From Octopus sinensis (taxonomy: Eukaryota), in assembly GCF_006345805.1 (NCBI RefSeq), contig NC_043017.1, positions 25,420,001 through 25,484,000 on the forward strand: a stretch of 64,000 nt of DNA, given 5' to 3'. The notes under the pieces are model-generated. The model saw only the letters and a program-made list of their open reading frames with translations, was not told the origin of the DNA and searched no databases. The position numbers and the translations under genes are program-made. Shown here one piece after another: positions 29,136 to 41,984 of this stretch (positions are counted from its first letter, which is position 1; each line of letters begins with the position of its first letter).

Positions 29136-29309
29136 CATCTGGATATCGACCCGTACATTCTCAGGCTGTGAGATGTTTTGGCGCTGCCTATTTGGCACCA
29201 CCTCCTTGGTGCCACTGATTCGAAGTTGACTGATTTGACATTAGACTCTTTGTCCCTTGAAACATTTGGTATAATTCTGTTTACTCTAATAAAAATACTC
29301 AAAACTCTT

Positions 29310-29347
<38 letters not shown>

Positions 29348-29753
29348 ACTACTCAATCTTGTTTAACTTCCTGCTTCACTTTATGCATATGATGGCTAGT
29401 GAACGTGTTTACGTTGATTGGTTTCAATTAGTAATTAATAACGTCTCTCTCCCTTTCTCTTACTATCACATCCTGGATGTGCCAATGAGTCAAGGGTGAT
29501 GTGACTCAGATGGTGTCTATGACTGCTCATAGGCACCTAAAACAATTAGGAAAAGTATGGTGGGCATGAGCTATTTTGGCACAGCTGTTTGGCCTGACCT
29601 ATTTGACATTGCCATTTCGACACTGAATTTGACATCAGATGCTTTGTCCTTAAGACCTTTTGGCACTGAGAAAATTTTTGCTTTTATTCTAGTTGACAAC
29701 TCACTTGTAATCACAGCTATTAAACCACTCGATCACTAAACTTTTTTTTTTAA

Positions 29754-29974
29754 CCCTTTCGTTACTGTATTTATTTTGAGAGGCTCTGTTTTCTTTTAAT
29801 TAATTTTAAATATAACAAAGAATTTAATTAAAATAACTTAGTTATCACTCAGCTAGTGTTAGGAACATAAATTATGACTAAGGTTTGGTGTAAGATTTTA
29901 ATTCAAAACTTATGAAAACAAGACATTTGTACTCAGGGTCAGAGCCGGTTTCAGCCGGGTTGGTAACGAAAGGG
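29754..29974. mobile_element. piggyBac-type MITE
   Basis: Perfect 12-bp TIRs CCCTTTCGTTAC / GTAACGAAAGGG, TTAA on the left and TTTAA on the right. Confidence 0.88.
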
Positions 29975-30101
29975 TTTAACTTCTTATTTCGATCTGTGTA
30001 TATAAAATATTGAGAAATTTTCACCATTATGGATTTCTGCGACTCTTTGACAAAATGGAACTGACAGTGAATTTAAAGTTTGGCACTAAGCAGAAAACCT
30101 G

Positions 30102-30148
<47 letters not shown>

Positions 30149-30704
30149 CTGGTGGGGACATTTGAAAAGCATGTGTGTGTGTGTGTCTGGTGTGTTTGCT
30201 TCCAATGTCCAAAAGAATTGTTGCCAAAACAAGCTGAAGGTCCTGTCAGCAATGCCAAATCACCAGCATCCAAACATCCATTCTCAATCCTCTCATTCAG
30301 ACATTCTTAACCCGTGATGTTTACATACGACAAGCTTGCTTTCTTTGGCTTACCACCTTCGGTCAGTTCTCTTCCCGTCTTAACTCATCTCTATCGTCTT
30401 GTCTCTTACAAATCCCATCTTTCAGTGACTTATTCAGTACACTACATCCAAAAAGTTACAACAAAGGTCATATCATAGCTTGGGTTGTGGTCAGCGGACA
30501 TGACCTCACGACCTAACCCTTTTTTTTACTTTTCCTGACTTGTATGCATGGAACTGGGCCCTTGCCAGAAATGGTTATTTTCTTTTTCGGAGGTCAGGGG
30601 CCCCTGATGTCTTATCCCACTATTTTGGTTTAGCCATACTTAGTATAATGTGGAAGCACATGGCTTAGTGGTTAGAGTGTTGGTCTCACGATAATAAGTG
30701 CTTA

Positions 30705-31170
30705 CAAGTCTGGTACTTCCTGTAAGTCTCTTTTGCTGAACCACTAAGTTACAGGGATAAAAACAAACCAACTCCGGTTGTCAAGCAGTGGTGGTGGGAC
30801 AAAACAAAGGCTTGCATGCACACACATACACGTATGTGAGCTGGCAGAATTGTTAGCACACCAAGCGAAATGCTTAGCGGTATTTCGTCTGCTACGTTCT
30901 GAGTTCACATTCCGCTGAGGTCGATTTTGCCATTCATCCTTTCGGGGTCAATTAAATAAGTACCAGTTATGCACTGGGGTTGATATAATCGACTTAATCC
31001 CTTTATCTGTCCTTGTTTGTCCCATCTGTGTATATATATATATATATATATAATATTTATACATACACACTGGGCTTCTTTCAGTTTCCATCTGCCAAAG
31101 ATACCTACAGGTCTTTGGTTAGCCCAGGGTACTATGCATTGGGACTGAACCCAAAACCATGTGACTCAGA
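30705..31170 (-). mobile_element. Degenerate family A SINE split by a + strand family B copy (30836-31030)
   Basis: The family A 3' half (30705-30820) and 5' half (31070-31170) flank GTGAGCTGGCAGAA...GTACCAG. Confidence 0.75.
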
Positions 31171-31676
31171 AAGAAACTTCTGCCTGTGTGGGACTTGAAC
31201 CCAGAACACAAGCGATTGCATTGAAACATCACAAAACATTAAGTTTGTTCCATTCTCTTCAGATTCCACAAGAACAAGAATTCTCTCATGTTTCTGTCAC
31301 ACTTCTTTGCTCGGTTTTGTATTTTTTCTGTTTTTAATTTTTTTTTTATCCCCTTTTTCCATGTTTTTTTTTTTGTTTGTTTGATATTTTATATTTCTGC
31401 ATTTGTTTTCTGTTTAGCCCCCCCCACCACTCGTCTCCTTTGTTTTAGTTCTTTTTTTATTATTATTTGTTTTTGCCATTTTCTTTAATTCTTTAACCAT
31501 CACTTTTTTTTTTCTTCCCCCCTTTGTTATGATATCATATCATTGTATTGCTCCTTCTTCAAAAGCATTTTTTTTTTTTTTGGGGATGGATGGATGGAGG
31601 TATCTGTGAGTTCTCTATTACCGGCTTTCCCTGCCACCCCACCCCCACCCCTGCACCTGCCATGCATTCTTCAAAG

Positions 31677-31703
31677 AAAGCACTGAAGACAATATTAAGC
31701 AAG
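31677..31703 (+). CDS. Candidate 27-nt micro-exon, phase 1-1 (xSTEDNIKQx)
   Basis: C-rich tract with TGC motifs, acceptor TTCTTCAAAG, strong donor CAAG|GTGAGG, open frame, CTAAC and TGCATG about 40 nt downstream. Confidence 0.4.
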
Positions 31704-32512
31704 GTGAGGAGGAAGAGAGAAAGGAAGAAAGCAATGAAGCTAACTGCATGATGCTACAGAAGTTAGAGTTTCTATTTGGACAAAGGCCTTTTATTATTGT
31801 TGTTGTTGTTTTTCATTTTTTTTTTTGTTTGTTTGTTTTTGGGTCTTGTCTTGTCTTGTCTTGTTTTGTTTTGTTTTCTTTGGCACTGTTGTTGGTATGG
31901 AATATTGGTTTCCCATCTGACAGCAACAGATCTGGCAGAAAGGGAGGGAGGGAGGGAGAGAGAGAGAAGCGTCGATGGCGAAGGCATTAGAATTTTCATC
32001 TTCCTGCATAGAGAAGTCCATGGACAACAAGAATAGATATATATATATATATATAAATATATATTGTATAGTATTGTATATATATAATATATAAATAATA
32101 TATGTAGTATGTATGTATATTATATAATATATAATATATTATATATATATATATGTAGTGTAATATATATTATGTATATATATAGATATGATATCATATA
32201 TATATATGTATGTGTTATAATATATAGTAGTGGTATATATAATATATATATAATATATGTATATATATATATTATTATATATCTTATGTATGTGTATATA
32301 TATATATGTATGTGTATATATGATGTATGTGTATTAATATATGTATGTATATATATATATATATGTATGGATTATATATATATGTATATGCTGTATATAT
32401 ATATATATATTATAGGTATGTGTATATATATATATATGTATGTGTATATATATGTATGTATATATGTATATGTATATATATATATATGTATGTGTATATA
32501 TATGTATGTATA

Positions 32513-32550
<38 letters not shown>

Positions 32551-32864
32551 CACATGTGTATGTGTTCATTGTATATACATTTATTTACTTATGAACATAT
32601 TTATTTATGAATATGTATGTTTATTTATGACTATATGCGTGAGAGTGTGTATGCGTGCGTTATGTATTTGCATTAGGCATACACCCTTATGAGGAAATAT
32701 ATAAACACTTATATATTATAAAATTTAAATTTCAGCATGTACATTTCATATACATACATGCATGCATGCTGATGTACAACACAAGGAAATGTGCACCTAT
32801 TTATCTTCAGAAATTCACCTGCAAATGCAGGTGGACACCCACACACAAATGCAATCGCATATGC

Positions 32865-33676
32865 ACACATATGTGTACACATGCACACATGCACACATGC
32901 ACACACACACACACGCATGTACACATGCACACACACACACACGTGTACACATGCACACACACACACGTGTACACATGCACACACACACACACACGTGTAC
33001 ACATGCACACACACACATGTGTACACATGCACACACACACACGTGTACACATGCACACACACACACACGTGTACACATGCACACACACACACACACGTGT
33101 ACACATGCACACACACACACACGTGTACACATGCACACACACACGTGTACACATGCACACACACACACACACGTGTACACATGCACACACACACACACGT
33201 GTACACATGCACACACCACACACGTGTACACATGCACCACACACACACGTGTACACATGCACACACACACACACACGTGTACACATGCACACACACACAC
33301 ACGTGTACACATGCACACACACACACACGTGTACACATGCACACACACACACGTGTACACATGCACACACACACACACGTGTACACATGCACACACACAC
33401 ACACGTGTACACATGCACACACACACACACACGTACACATGCACACACCACACACACGTGTACACATGTACACACACACACACGTGTACACATGCACACA
33501 CACACACACACGTGTACACATGCACACCACACACACACGTGTACACATGCACACACACACATGTGTACACATGCACACACACACACATGTGTACACACGC
33601 ACACACACGTGTACACATACACACACACATGTGTACACATGCACACACATGTATGCACATGCACCCACACACATGT
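32865..33676. repeat. Compound minisatellite [CGTGTACACATG(CA)n], about 30 units of 22-30 bp
   Basis: Directly visible; produces the spurious H/T/C/V ORFs in all six frames. Confidence 0.97.
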
Positions 33677-34301
33677 AAAAACAGTTGTTTTCACTAAAAT
33701 ATTCCCCTAAACAACCTCACCTTCCTTTCTAGCCATCCATCCATCCATCCATCCGTTCCTCCATCCATCAACCCATCCAGCCACACAATTTCCATTCCAT
33801 CTTCTCGATCCACTAAGCCTTGCCCTGCATTTTTCATTATTTTACATATTTACTTATTTATTTATTTATTTGTTTGTTTTTTTTCTGTTTCACTTGCACC
33901 CCATCCTCCCCATCTCTCCAGCCTCTTCATCTTGCCCTTTCAGTTCTACGCTCATTTTCCTATACTGACAATGACAGGTTGATGGTCGTGCATTTTTATT
34001 TTTTGTTTTTATTCCCCAGCCCCCCACCCCCCTTGCCCCCTCCAATGGTTATTGATTCCCCTTCTCCTCTCCTCCCTCCCTCCCGCCCGCTTGTTGTGCA
34101 GCTAACTGCAGCAAAGTGCACGATGAATGGACTTATTGAAGGAAAATGTCTGTGAGAGAGAGTGCGTTAAAAGCCAGCGAAGACAGTAATGCCGAGTATG
34201 GAGCTGTGGAGCTAATGTAATTTGTAGGTAGGCCGAGTTCAGTGTTGTTGTGTGTCAACAGTTGAACCATTTAGTAGAGATAGACAGATGGATAGATGGA
34301 T

Positions 34302-34344
<43 letters not shown>

Positions 34345-34665
34345 TGTGTGTGTGAGTGTTGCTGTTTTTGTATGTCTGTATGTGTGTATATGTAGATAGA
34401 GATGGATAAATGTGTATATGTGTATATCTCACTATACACCAGTCAAATATATGTGTGTATGTGTATGACATAAATATACTTACTTATATGTGTGTGTGTA
34501 TATATATGTATATATGTGTGCATGTATGAATGAATATGTGTGTATGTATTGATTTGAGTGTGTGTATTTTTGTATGTGTATATATGTGTGCACTCTGTGT
34601 GTGTTTGTGTGTGTGTCATCATCATCATCGTTTAACGTCCACCTTCCATGCTGGCTGGGTATATA

Positions 34666-34720
<55 letters not shown>

Positions 34721-35429
34721 TATATATAATACACATCACACATATATATACATTATAGATACGATATTATATATATATATCTGATATATATATATTATAT
34801 ATATATATATATACAGATTATATATATATACATATACTATATATATATATATATATTATGTATGTGTGTGTATGTGTACTTATATATGTAAAAATGTATG
34901 GTTTCTCTGTGTGCATATACCATATCATCTATATATATATATATATTATATTATATTATGTATATGGTGTGTATGTGTACTTATATATGTATAAATGTAT
35001 GTTTCTCTGTGTGCATATACCATATCTATCTATATATATATATCTATCTATATATATTTATGTATGTATTTATGTGTGTATTTGTGTGTGTGTGTGCATG
35101 TGTCTACCTATATAAGGTGACAGCTTATTCTCTCTAGTGACATTAGCTGTCTCTGGATACTCTTTATGATTATAATGTAAATCTATCAATCATCGGAAGT
35201 TGTAATTTCAATAGATTGCTTAACTGAAAAGGAATTTTTATATTTATTTATATATTTATTTATTTATTCCCTTTATTCAATTATTTGTTTTTATCGTTTA
35301 TTTACATTTTTTTTTTATTTATTTATTATTTGGTAAATGGAATGACAGAAACTGGTAGGAGTTCTTTGCACATATCTATGTTCATATTTACGTGGAAGCT
35401 CGACTAACGGAGAGGTCTTGCAATGTCAT

Positions 35430-37757
35430 TCAACTGACTGGAAATAGTAGCTGGTTCTTGCTCAAATACAGTGTGACTCTGCCTTCTAGAAATTGTAGCT
35501 AAATCTCCCTCAATTATGTTGTTGTTGGACCTACTGGAAATGGTAGCTAAGTCTGCCTCAATTACATTTTTGCTCTGTTTTCTGGAAATGGTAGCTAAGT
35601 CTCTTCCAATTGCATTATTGTTGTTCCAACTACTGGAAATGGTAGCTTACTGGAAATGGTAGCTAAATCTCCCTCAGTAACGTTGTTGATCAACCTACTG
35701 GAAATGGTAGCTAAATCTCCCTTAATTACGTTGTTGTTGAACCTACTGGAAATGGTTGCTAAATCTCCCTCAATTACATTGTTATTGAACCTACTGGAAA
35801 TGGTAGCTAAGTCTCCCTCAATTGCATTGTTGTTGTTCCAACTACTGGAAATGGTAGCTAAGTCTCCCTCAATTACGTTGTTGTTGAACCTACTTGAAAT
35901 GGTAGCTAAATCTCCCTCAATTACGTTGTTATTGAACCTACTGGAAATGGTAGCTAAGTCTCCCTCATTGCATTGTTGTTGTTCCAACTACTGGAAATAG
36001 TAGCTAAATCCCTCAATTACGTGGTTGTTGTTGAACCTACTGAAAATAGTAGCTAAATCTCCCTCAATTATGTTGTTGAACCTACTTGAAATGGTAGCTA
36101 AATCTCCCTCAATTACGTTGTTATTGAACCTACTGGAAATGGTAGCTAAGTCTCCCTCAATTGCATTGTTGTTGTTCCAACTACTGGAAATAGTAGCTAA
36201 ATCTCCCTCAATTACGTTGTTGTTGAACCTACTGAAAATAGTAGCTAAATCTCCCTCAATTATGTTGTTGAACCTACTTGAAATGGTAGCTAAATCTGCC
36301 TCAATTACGTTGTTATTGAACCTACCGGAAATGGTAGCTAAGTCTCCCTCAATTGCATTGTTGTTGTTCCAACTACTGGAAATAGTAGCTAAATCTCCCT
36401 CAATTACGTTGTTGTTGAACCTACTGAAAATAGTAGCTAAATCTCCCTCAATTATGTTGTTGAACCTACTTGAAATGGTAGCTAAATCTGCCTCAGTTAC
36501 ATTGTTATTGAACCTACTGGAAATGGTAGCAAAGTCTCCCTCAATTGCATTGTGGTTGTTCCAACTACTGGAAATAGTAGCTAAATCTCCCTCAATTACG
36601 TTGTTGTTGAACCTACTGAAAATAGCTAAATCTCCCTCAATTATGTTGTTGAACCTACTGGAAATGATAGCTAAATTTGCCTCAATTACATTTTTGCTCA
36701 GCTTACTGGAAATGGTAGCTAAGTCTCCTCCAATTGCATTGTTGTTGTTCCAACTACTGGAAATGGTAGCTAAATCTCCTTCAATTACGTTGTTGTTGAA
36801 CCTACTGGAAATGGTAGCTAAATCTGCCTCAATTACATTTTTGCTCAGCTTACTGGAAATGGTAGCTAAGTCTCCTCCAATTGCATTGTTGTTGTTCCAA
36901 CTACTGGAAATGGTAGCTAAATCTCCCTCAATTACGTTGTTGTTGAACCTACTGGAAATGGTAGCTAAATCTGCCTCAATTACATTTTAGCTCAGCTTAC
37001 TGAAAATAGTAGCTAAGTCTCCCCCAACTGCATTGTTGTTGTTCCAACTACTGGAAATAATAGCTAAATCTCCCTCAATTACGTTGTTGTTGAACCTACT
37101 GGAATGGTAGCTAAATCTGCCTCAATTACATTTTTGCTCAGCTTACTGGAAATGGTAGCTAAGTCTCCCTCAATTACGTTGTTGTTGAACCTACTGGAAA
37201 TGGTAGCTCAATCTGCCTCAATTACATTTTTGCTCAGCTTACTGAAAATAGTAGCTAAGTCTCCCCCAATTGTATTGTTGTTGTTCCAACTACTGGAAAT
37301 AGTAGCTAAATCTCCCTTAATTACGTCGTTGTTGAACCTACTGGAAATGGTTGCTAAATCTGCCTCAATTACATTTTTGCTCAGCTTACTGGAAATGGTA
37401 GCTAAATCTCCATCAATAGCATTGTTGCTGATCATCCTACTGGAAATGGTAGCTAAATCTTCCTTGATTAAGTTGTTGTTCAACTACCTTGATATAGTGG
37501 CTAAATTTCCCTCAGTTACATAGTTGCTCAACCTCCTGGAAATAATAGCTAAATCTGCCTCAAGTTGTTGATCGACCCACTGGAAATGGTAACTAAATCT
37601 CCCTCAATAATATTCTTGTTGATCAACCTACTGGAAATGGTAGCTAAATCTCCCTCAGTAACGTTGTTGATTAACCTACTGGAAATGGTAGCTAAATCTC
37701 CCTTAATTAAATTGTTGTTCAACCCAGTGGAAATAGTAGTTAAATCTCCCTCAATCT
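35430..37757. repeat. 45/48/51-bp minisatellite (AACCTACTGGAAATGGTAGCTAAATCTCCCTCAATTACG(TTG)n), about 48 units with higher-order structure
   Basis: Tandem units visible, edges more diverged than the centre, higher-order periods of 192 and 147 bp. Confidence 0.97.
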
Positions 37758-37885
37758 CTTGCTGCTCACCTTTTTCATCATCTCCTATGACATACAGGAA
37801 ATGCTGTGTATGTGTCCTCGAATTAAGGGACGCAGGATTAGTCTTGGATAACTACAAGAACAAGCTTGGTGAGATGTACTGTTTA

Positions 37886-38025
37886 GGCATGGGCATGGTG
37901 GTTAAGAGGTTTGCTTGCCAACCATATGGTTTCGGGTTCGGTCCCACTCTGTGGCTACCTTAGCCTCAGGTTGACCAAAGCCTTGTATGTAGATTTTGTA
38001 GACAGAAACTGAAAGAAGCCCATGA
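37886..38025 (+). mobile_element. SINE family A, 5' half
   Basis: GGCATGG...GGGTTCGGTCCCACT...GACCAAAGCCTTGT...GAAACTGAAAGAAGCCC. Confidence 0.8.
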
Positions 38026-38045
38026 TGTGTGTGTGTATGTGTGCA

Positions 38046-38077
<32 letters not shown>

Positions 38078-38270
38078 CATATATTAATAATATAAGGGTT
38101 TGGTAAAAAAATAGTAGCAGTAAATAACAGAAATAGTAGAAAATAGTAGAGAATGCATACCTATTAGCTTGAGTAATTCTGATGAAAATCCTCATATCCT
38201 CTCTTTATATATATTATATATATATATATATAATATATATATATTATATTACACACACGCATATATATAA

Positions 38271-38633
38271 TCTTTTACTCTTTTACTTGTTTCAGTCATT
38301 GACTGCGGCCATGCTGGAGCACCACCTTTTAGTACTTATTCTATCGGTCTCTTTTGCCGAACCGCTAAGTGACGGGGACGTAAACACACCAGCATCGGTT
38401 GTCAAGCAATGCTAGGGGGACAAACACAGACACACAAACACACACACACATATACATATATATACATATATACGACAGGCTTCTTTCAGTTTCCGTCTAC
38501 CAAATCCACTCACAAGGCATTGGTCAGCCCGGGGCTATAGCAGAAGACACTTGCCCAAGATGCCACGCAGTGGGACTGAACCCGCAACCGTGTGGTTGGT
38601 TAGCAAGCTACTTACCACACAGCCACTCCTACG

Positions 38634-38635
<2 letters not shown>
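38271..38635 (-). mobile_element. SINE family A, near full length (internal deletion near the 3' end)
   Basis: Reverse complement of the 25083 copy. Confidence 0.93.
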
Positions 38636-38693
<58 letters not shown>

Positions 38694-38992
38694 ATATAAC
38701 ATATAAGAGGGGACTACTAAGTGGACATCCCTTATGTTAGAAGTCGATCCCCCTATGTCTTACCACTAAGAAAAAATGTTCTCAAGAAAATTTTAATTTA
38801 TATATATATATATATATATGCTATAGATGTATATATATTATATATATCTGTATGATGCTCAGAGCCTGAGGATTGCTTGGTGACACAAGGTGTGTTAAAA
38901 AAAAAAAAACGTACCTAGATACATGTCTTCACTGCAAGAAAATGTCAGTAGCTCATATCTTTATACTGTGTACAAAAGAATGTTCTCAACAA

Positions 38993-39086
<94 letters not shown>

Positions 39087-39142
39087 CACACACACACACA
39101 CACACACTGACATTAGTGCTAAGCAGTGATCGGGAATAAACA

Positions 39143-39356
39143 AACTTTAGTTTAGATAAAATATGTTTGTGGCATATTTCAACTAAAGGCAATTGCACTG
39201 CAGTTGGTGTAGAGAAAAGTTTCTCTCTTATGGTAGAAAGGTGCTTTTACATCTTTTACCATAAGCAGGAATTTTTTCTCAACAGTAACTGCAGTGAATT
39301 TGCCTTCAGAAGTGAAAATATGTCACTAACATATTTATTTTAACTAACTTAAAGTT
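39143..39356. mobile_element. Palindromic fold-back element, ~215 bp
   Basis: ATATGTTTGTGGCATATTT...GGCAATTGCACTGCAGTT...CTTATGGTAGAAAGGTG pairs with CATCTTTTACCATAAG...AACTGCAGTGAATTTGCC...AAATATGTCACTAACATAT. Confidence 0.75.
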
Positions 39357-39358
39357 CA

Positions 39359-39394
<36 letters not shown>

Positions 39395-39453
39395 GAGAGA
39401 GAGTTTAAGGTAAGGTCAATGAAAACAGTATTCCATCAAGTGAGAGATAAATG

Positions 39454-39711
39454 TTATTTAATGCACTCAGTATAAAGATACAATCTACTAACAGTTTCTT
39501 GCTGTGAAGACATGTGTTTAGGTAAGTTTTTATAATATGCCTTGTGTCTCCAAGTAATCTTCAGGCTCTGAGTACATGGTCTGTATGCTCAGAGCCTGAA
39601 GGTTGCTTGGTGACACAAGGCGTGTTAAAAAAAAAAACCCTACCTAGATACATGTCTTCACAAGAAGAAAATGTCAGTCGCTTATATCTTTATACTGTGT
39701 AAATTAAATGA
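39454..39711. mobile_element. Palindromic fold-back element with ~120-bp arms; one arm is also copied at 38848-38975
   Basis: CAGTATAAAGATA...GCCTTGTGTCTCCAAGTAATCTTCAGGCTCTGAG pairs with CTCAGAGCCTGAAGGTTGCTTGGTGACACAAGGC...TATCTTTATACTG. Confidence 0.85.
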
Positions 39712-39719
39712 TATATATA

Positions 39720-40260
39720 TCATCATCATCATCATTGTTGTTTAACGTCCGCTTTCCATGCTAACATGGGTTGGACGTATGACTGAGGGCTGGCAAACCA
39801 GATGGCTGCACCAGGCTTCAATCTTGATCTGGTAGAGTTTCTACAGCTGGATGCCCTTCCTAACGCCAACCACTCTGAGAGTGTAGTGAGTGCTTTTACG
39901 TGCCACTGGCACGGGGCCAGTCAGGCGACACTGGCAATGACCTTGCTCGAATCTTTTACACATGCCACCGGCGCGGGTGCCAGTAAGGCGATGCTGGTAA
40001 CAATCACACTCGAATGGTGTTTTTTACATGCCACCGGCACGGAGGCCAGATAGCCGCTCTAGCAATGATCATGCTTGGATGGTGCTCTTAATACCCTACT
40101 AGCACAGGGCTTGAGTGCCAGTAAGGCAACGCTGGTAATGATCATGCTTGAATGGTGCCTTTTAAGTGCCACTGGTACGAAAGACGGTTGGCCGCTCTGT
40201 CAATGATCACACTCGTATGGTGCTCTTTGCACCCCGCTAACATGGTCACCAGTCATCAAA
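39720..40260 (-). mobile_element. Family C repeat with ~60-bp internal subrepeats
   Basis: (CAT)n tail and repeated GCCACTGGCACGGG..GCCAGTAAGGCGA..CTGGTAA.GATCA; similar to 7010-7230 and 52071-52520. Confidence 0.85.
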
Positions 40261-40602
40261 TTTATATATATATATATATAATACACACACACACACATGT
40301 AGTTCACTCTATAAAGTGGTTGGCGTTAGGAAGGGCATCTAGTCATAAAAACCATGTCAAAGTAGACAATGGAGCTTGGCGCAGTCCTCTGTCTTGCCAC
40401 CTCCTCTCAAATCATCCAACCCATGCCAACATGACAGACAGACATTAAATGATGATGATGATGATGGATGTTTGTGTGTGTGCATCTCCTTGTTTTGTCA
40501 CCTCACAGTAGATATGACATGAGATTCATCGTTGTACAGGTGGTTTCCCCTAGCTTCCAGCTCTCTATAAGAATATGTCTGGCTATGGGGACATATTACC
40601 TA

Positions 40603-40826
40603 TTTCTTTACTACCCACAAGGTGCTAAACACAGAGGGGACAAACAAGGACAGACAAACGGATTAAGTCGATTGCATCAACCCCAGTGCGTAACTGGTAC
40701 TTAATTTATTGACCCCGAAAGGATGAAAGGTAAAGTCGACCTCGGCAGAATTTGAACTCAGAACATAACGGCAGACGAAATACAGCTAAGCATTTCTCCC
40801 AGCGTGCTAACGTTTCTGCCAGCTCT
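40603..40826 (-). mobile_element. SINE family B
   Basis: Reverse complement of the 61521 copy. Confidence 0.88.
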
Positions 40827-41739
40827 TGATGGGAAACAGGTGAGTGTTGGCAGCAGGAAAGACATCCAGCCATAGAAAATCTGCCTCAACAAATTCCGTC
40901 TAACCCATGCCAGCATGGAAACATGAAGGTTAAACAATAGTCATGATGTTGTTACTCACTCTCTCTCTCGTCTTTGATTCTTATTACCTCACAGCCAGTG
41001 TCGGTTTGTTTACATCTGTGCAAATTAAACATGTCAAAGTGAGGCCAACAGAATCATTTTAAGTATGAGAATTACAATGAATAGTGGGGTTGCTTTGATC
41101 AGCTAAAATGCTTCGAGGTGGTGCTCCAGCCTGGCCAAAGTCTGGTGACTGTAAGAAGCAGAAGCGTAAGCAAATAAAAGAACAGGATGCTCATAGCTGA
41201 AAATGCTTTTGATCACAGATCTATTTAATCAGGAGTGATTAAGAGCTGAACAGGATATCTACATGTGTGGGTGATTTAGCAATGTACATTTTACTTTCAC
41301 TTTCTGTACTTTTTACTTTCACTTTCTCTATTCAATAACTGCCTTTCGTCCCTGTTGTTGTTTAGCCCCTGGCTGGTTCTGACTCTGCAGATCTATGATC
41401 AAAGACATTATTTTTCAGTATGTATTTAGGATTACATTATGAACAATATCTTCCCCTTTTTTTTTTTTATCTTTGCCAGCCTGTAATGTGTGGTATTTAG
41501 GAGATTTGGTTGTTAAGCATTTGGTATGTTGAGTAAGTATGTAAAGACTCCTGTAGGGAGCTGTGTGTGCATGTGTGTGTGTGTTGTGTAGGGGTCGGAG
41601 AGTTGATGTAATAAGTACCTGACTTGTGAAATCAATTCCTTCAAATCTACCTTTGCCTACCGGAAATTTTTACCCTTCTGCCAAGCTGAGAAATTATCAA
41701 TATGTACCGCCACCACCACCACCACCACCACCACCAATG

Positions 41740-41793
<54 letters not shown>

Positions 41794-41984
41794 GATTTTG
41801 CTTTAGGCATAAGGCCAATGATTACAAATGTGAAAGTCAGTCAATTAGATCACCTCCCTCGCAACATCCACCATCCTTAACTGGTACTTTATTTTATTGA
41901 CCCCAGCAGGTTTTGCACCGAAAACACAAAGAGCTGAGAGAAAACTTTTTATAATTTTTAACAGACGATGACTTCCACAACTAC

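Noticed and set aside
32655-33710. ORFs of 285-351 aa in all six frames (His/Thr/Cys/Val-rich)
   Set aside because: They are translations of an alternating RY minisatellite that cannot contain stop codons
33920-34235. Exon candidates (VLRSFSYTDNDR; MSVRESALKASEDSNAEYGAVEL)
   Set aside because: The island is unique sequence, but the donors are weak or ambiguous and the phases inconsistent, so boundaries could not be fixed
36025-36990. 321-aa leucine-rich repeat-like protein
   Set aside because: It is a DNA-level minisatellite with frameshifts in the array, no LRR consensus, and identity maintained at synonymous sites
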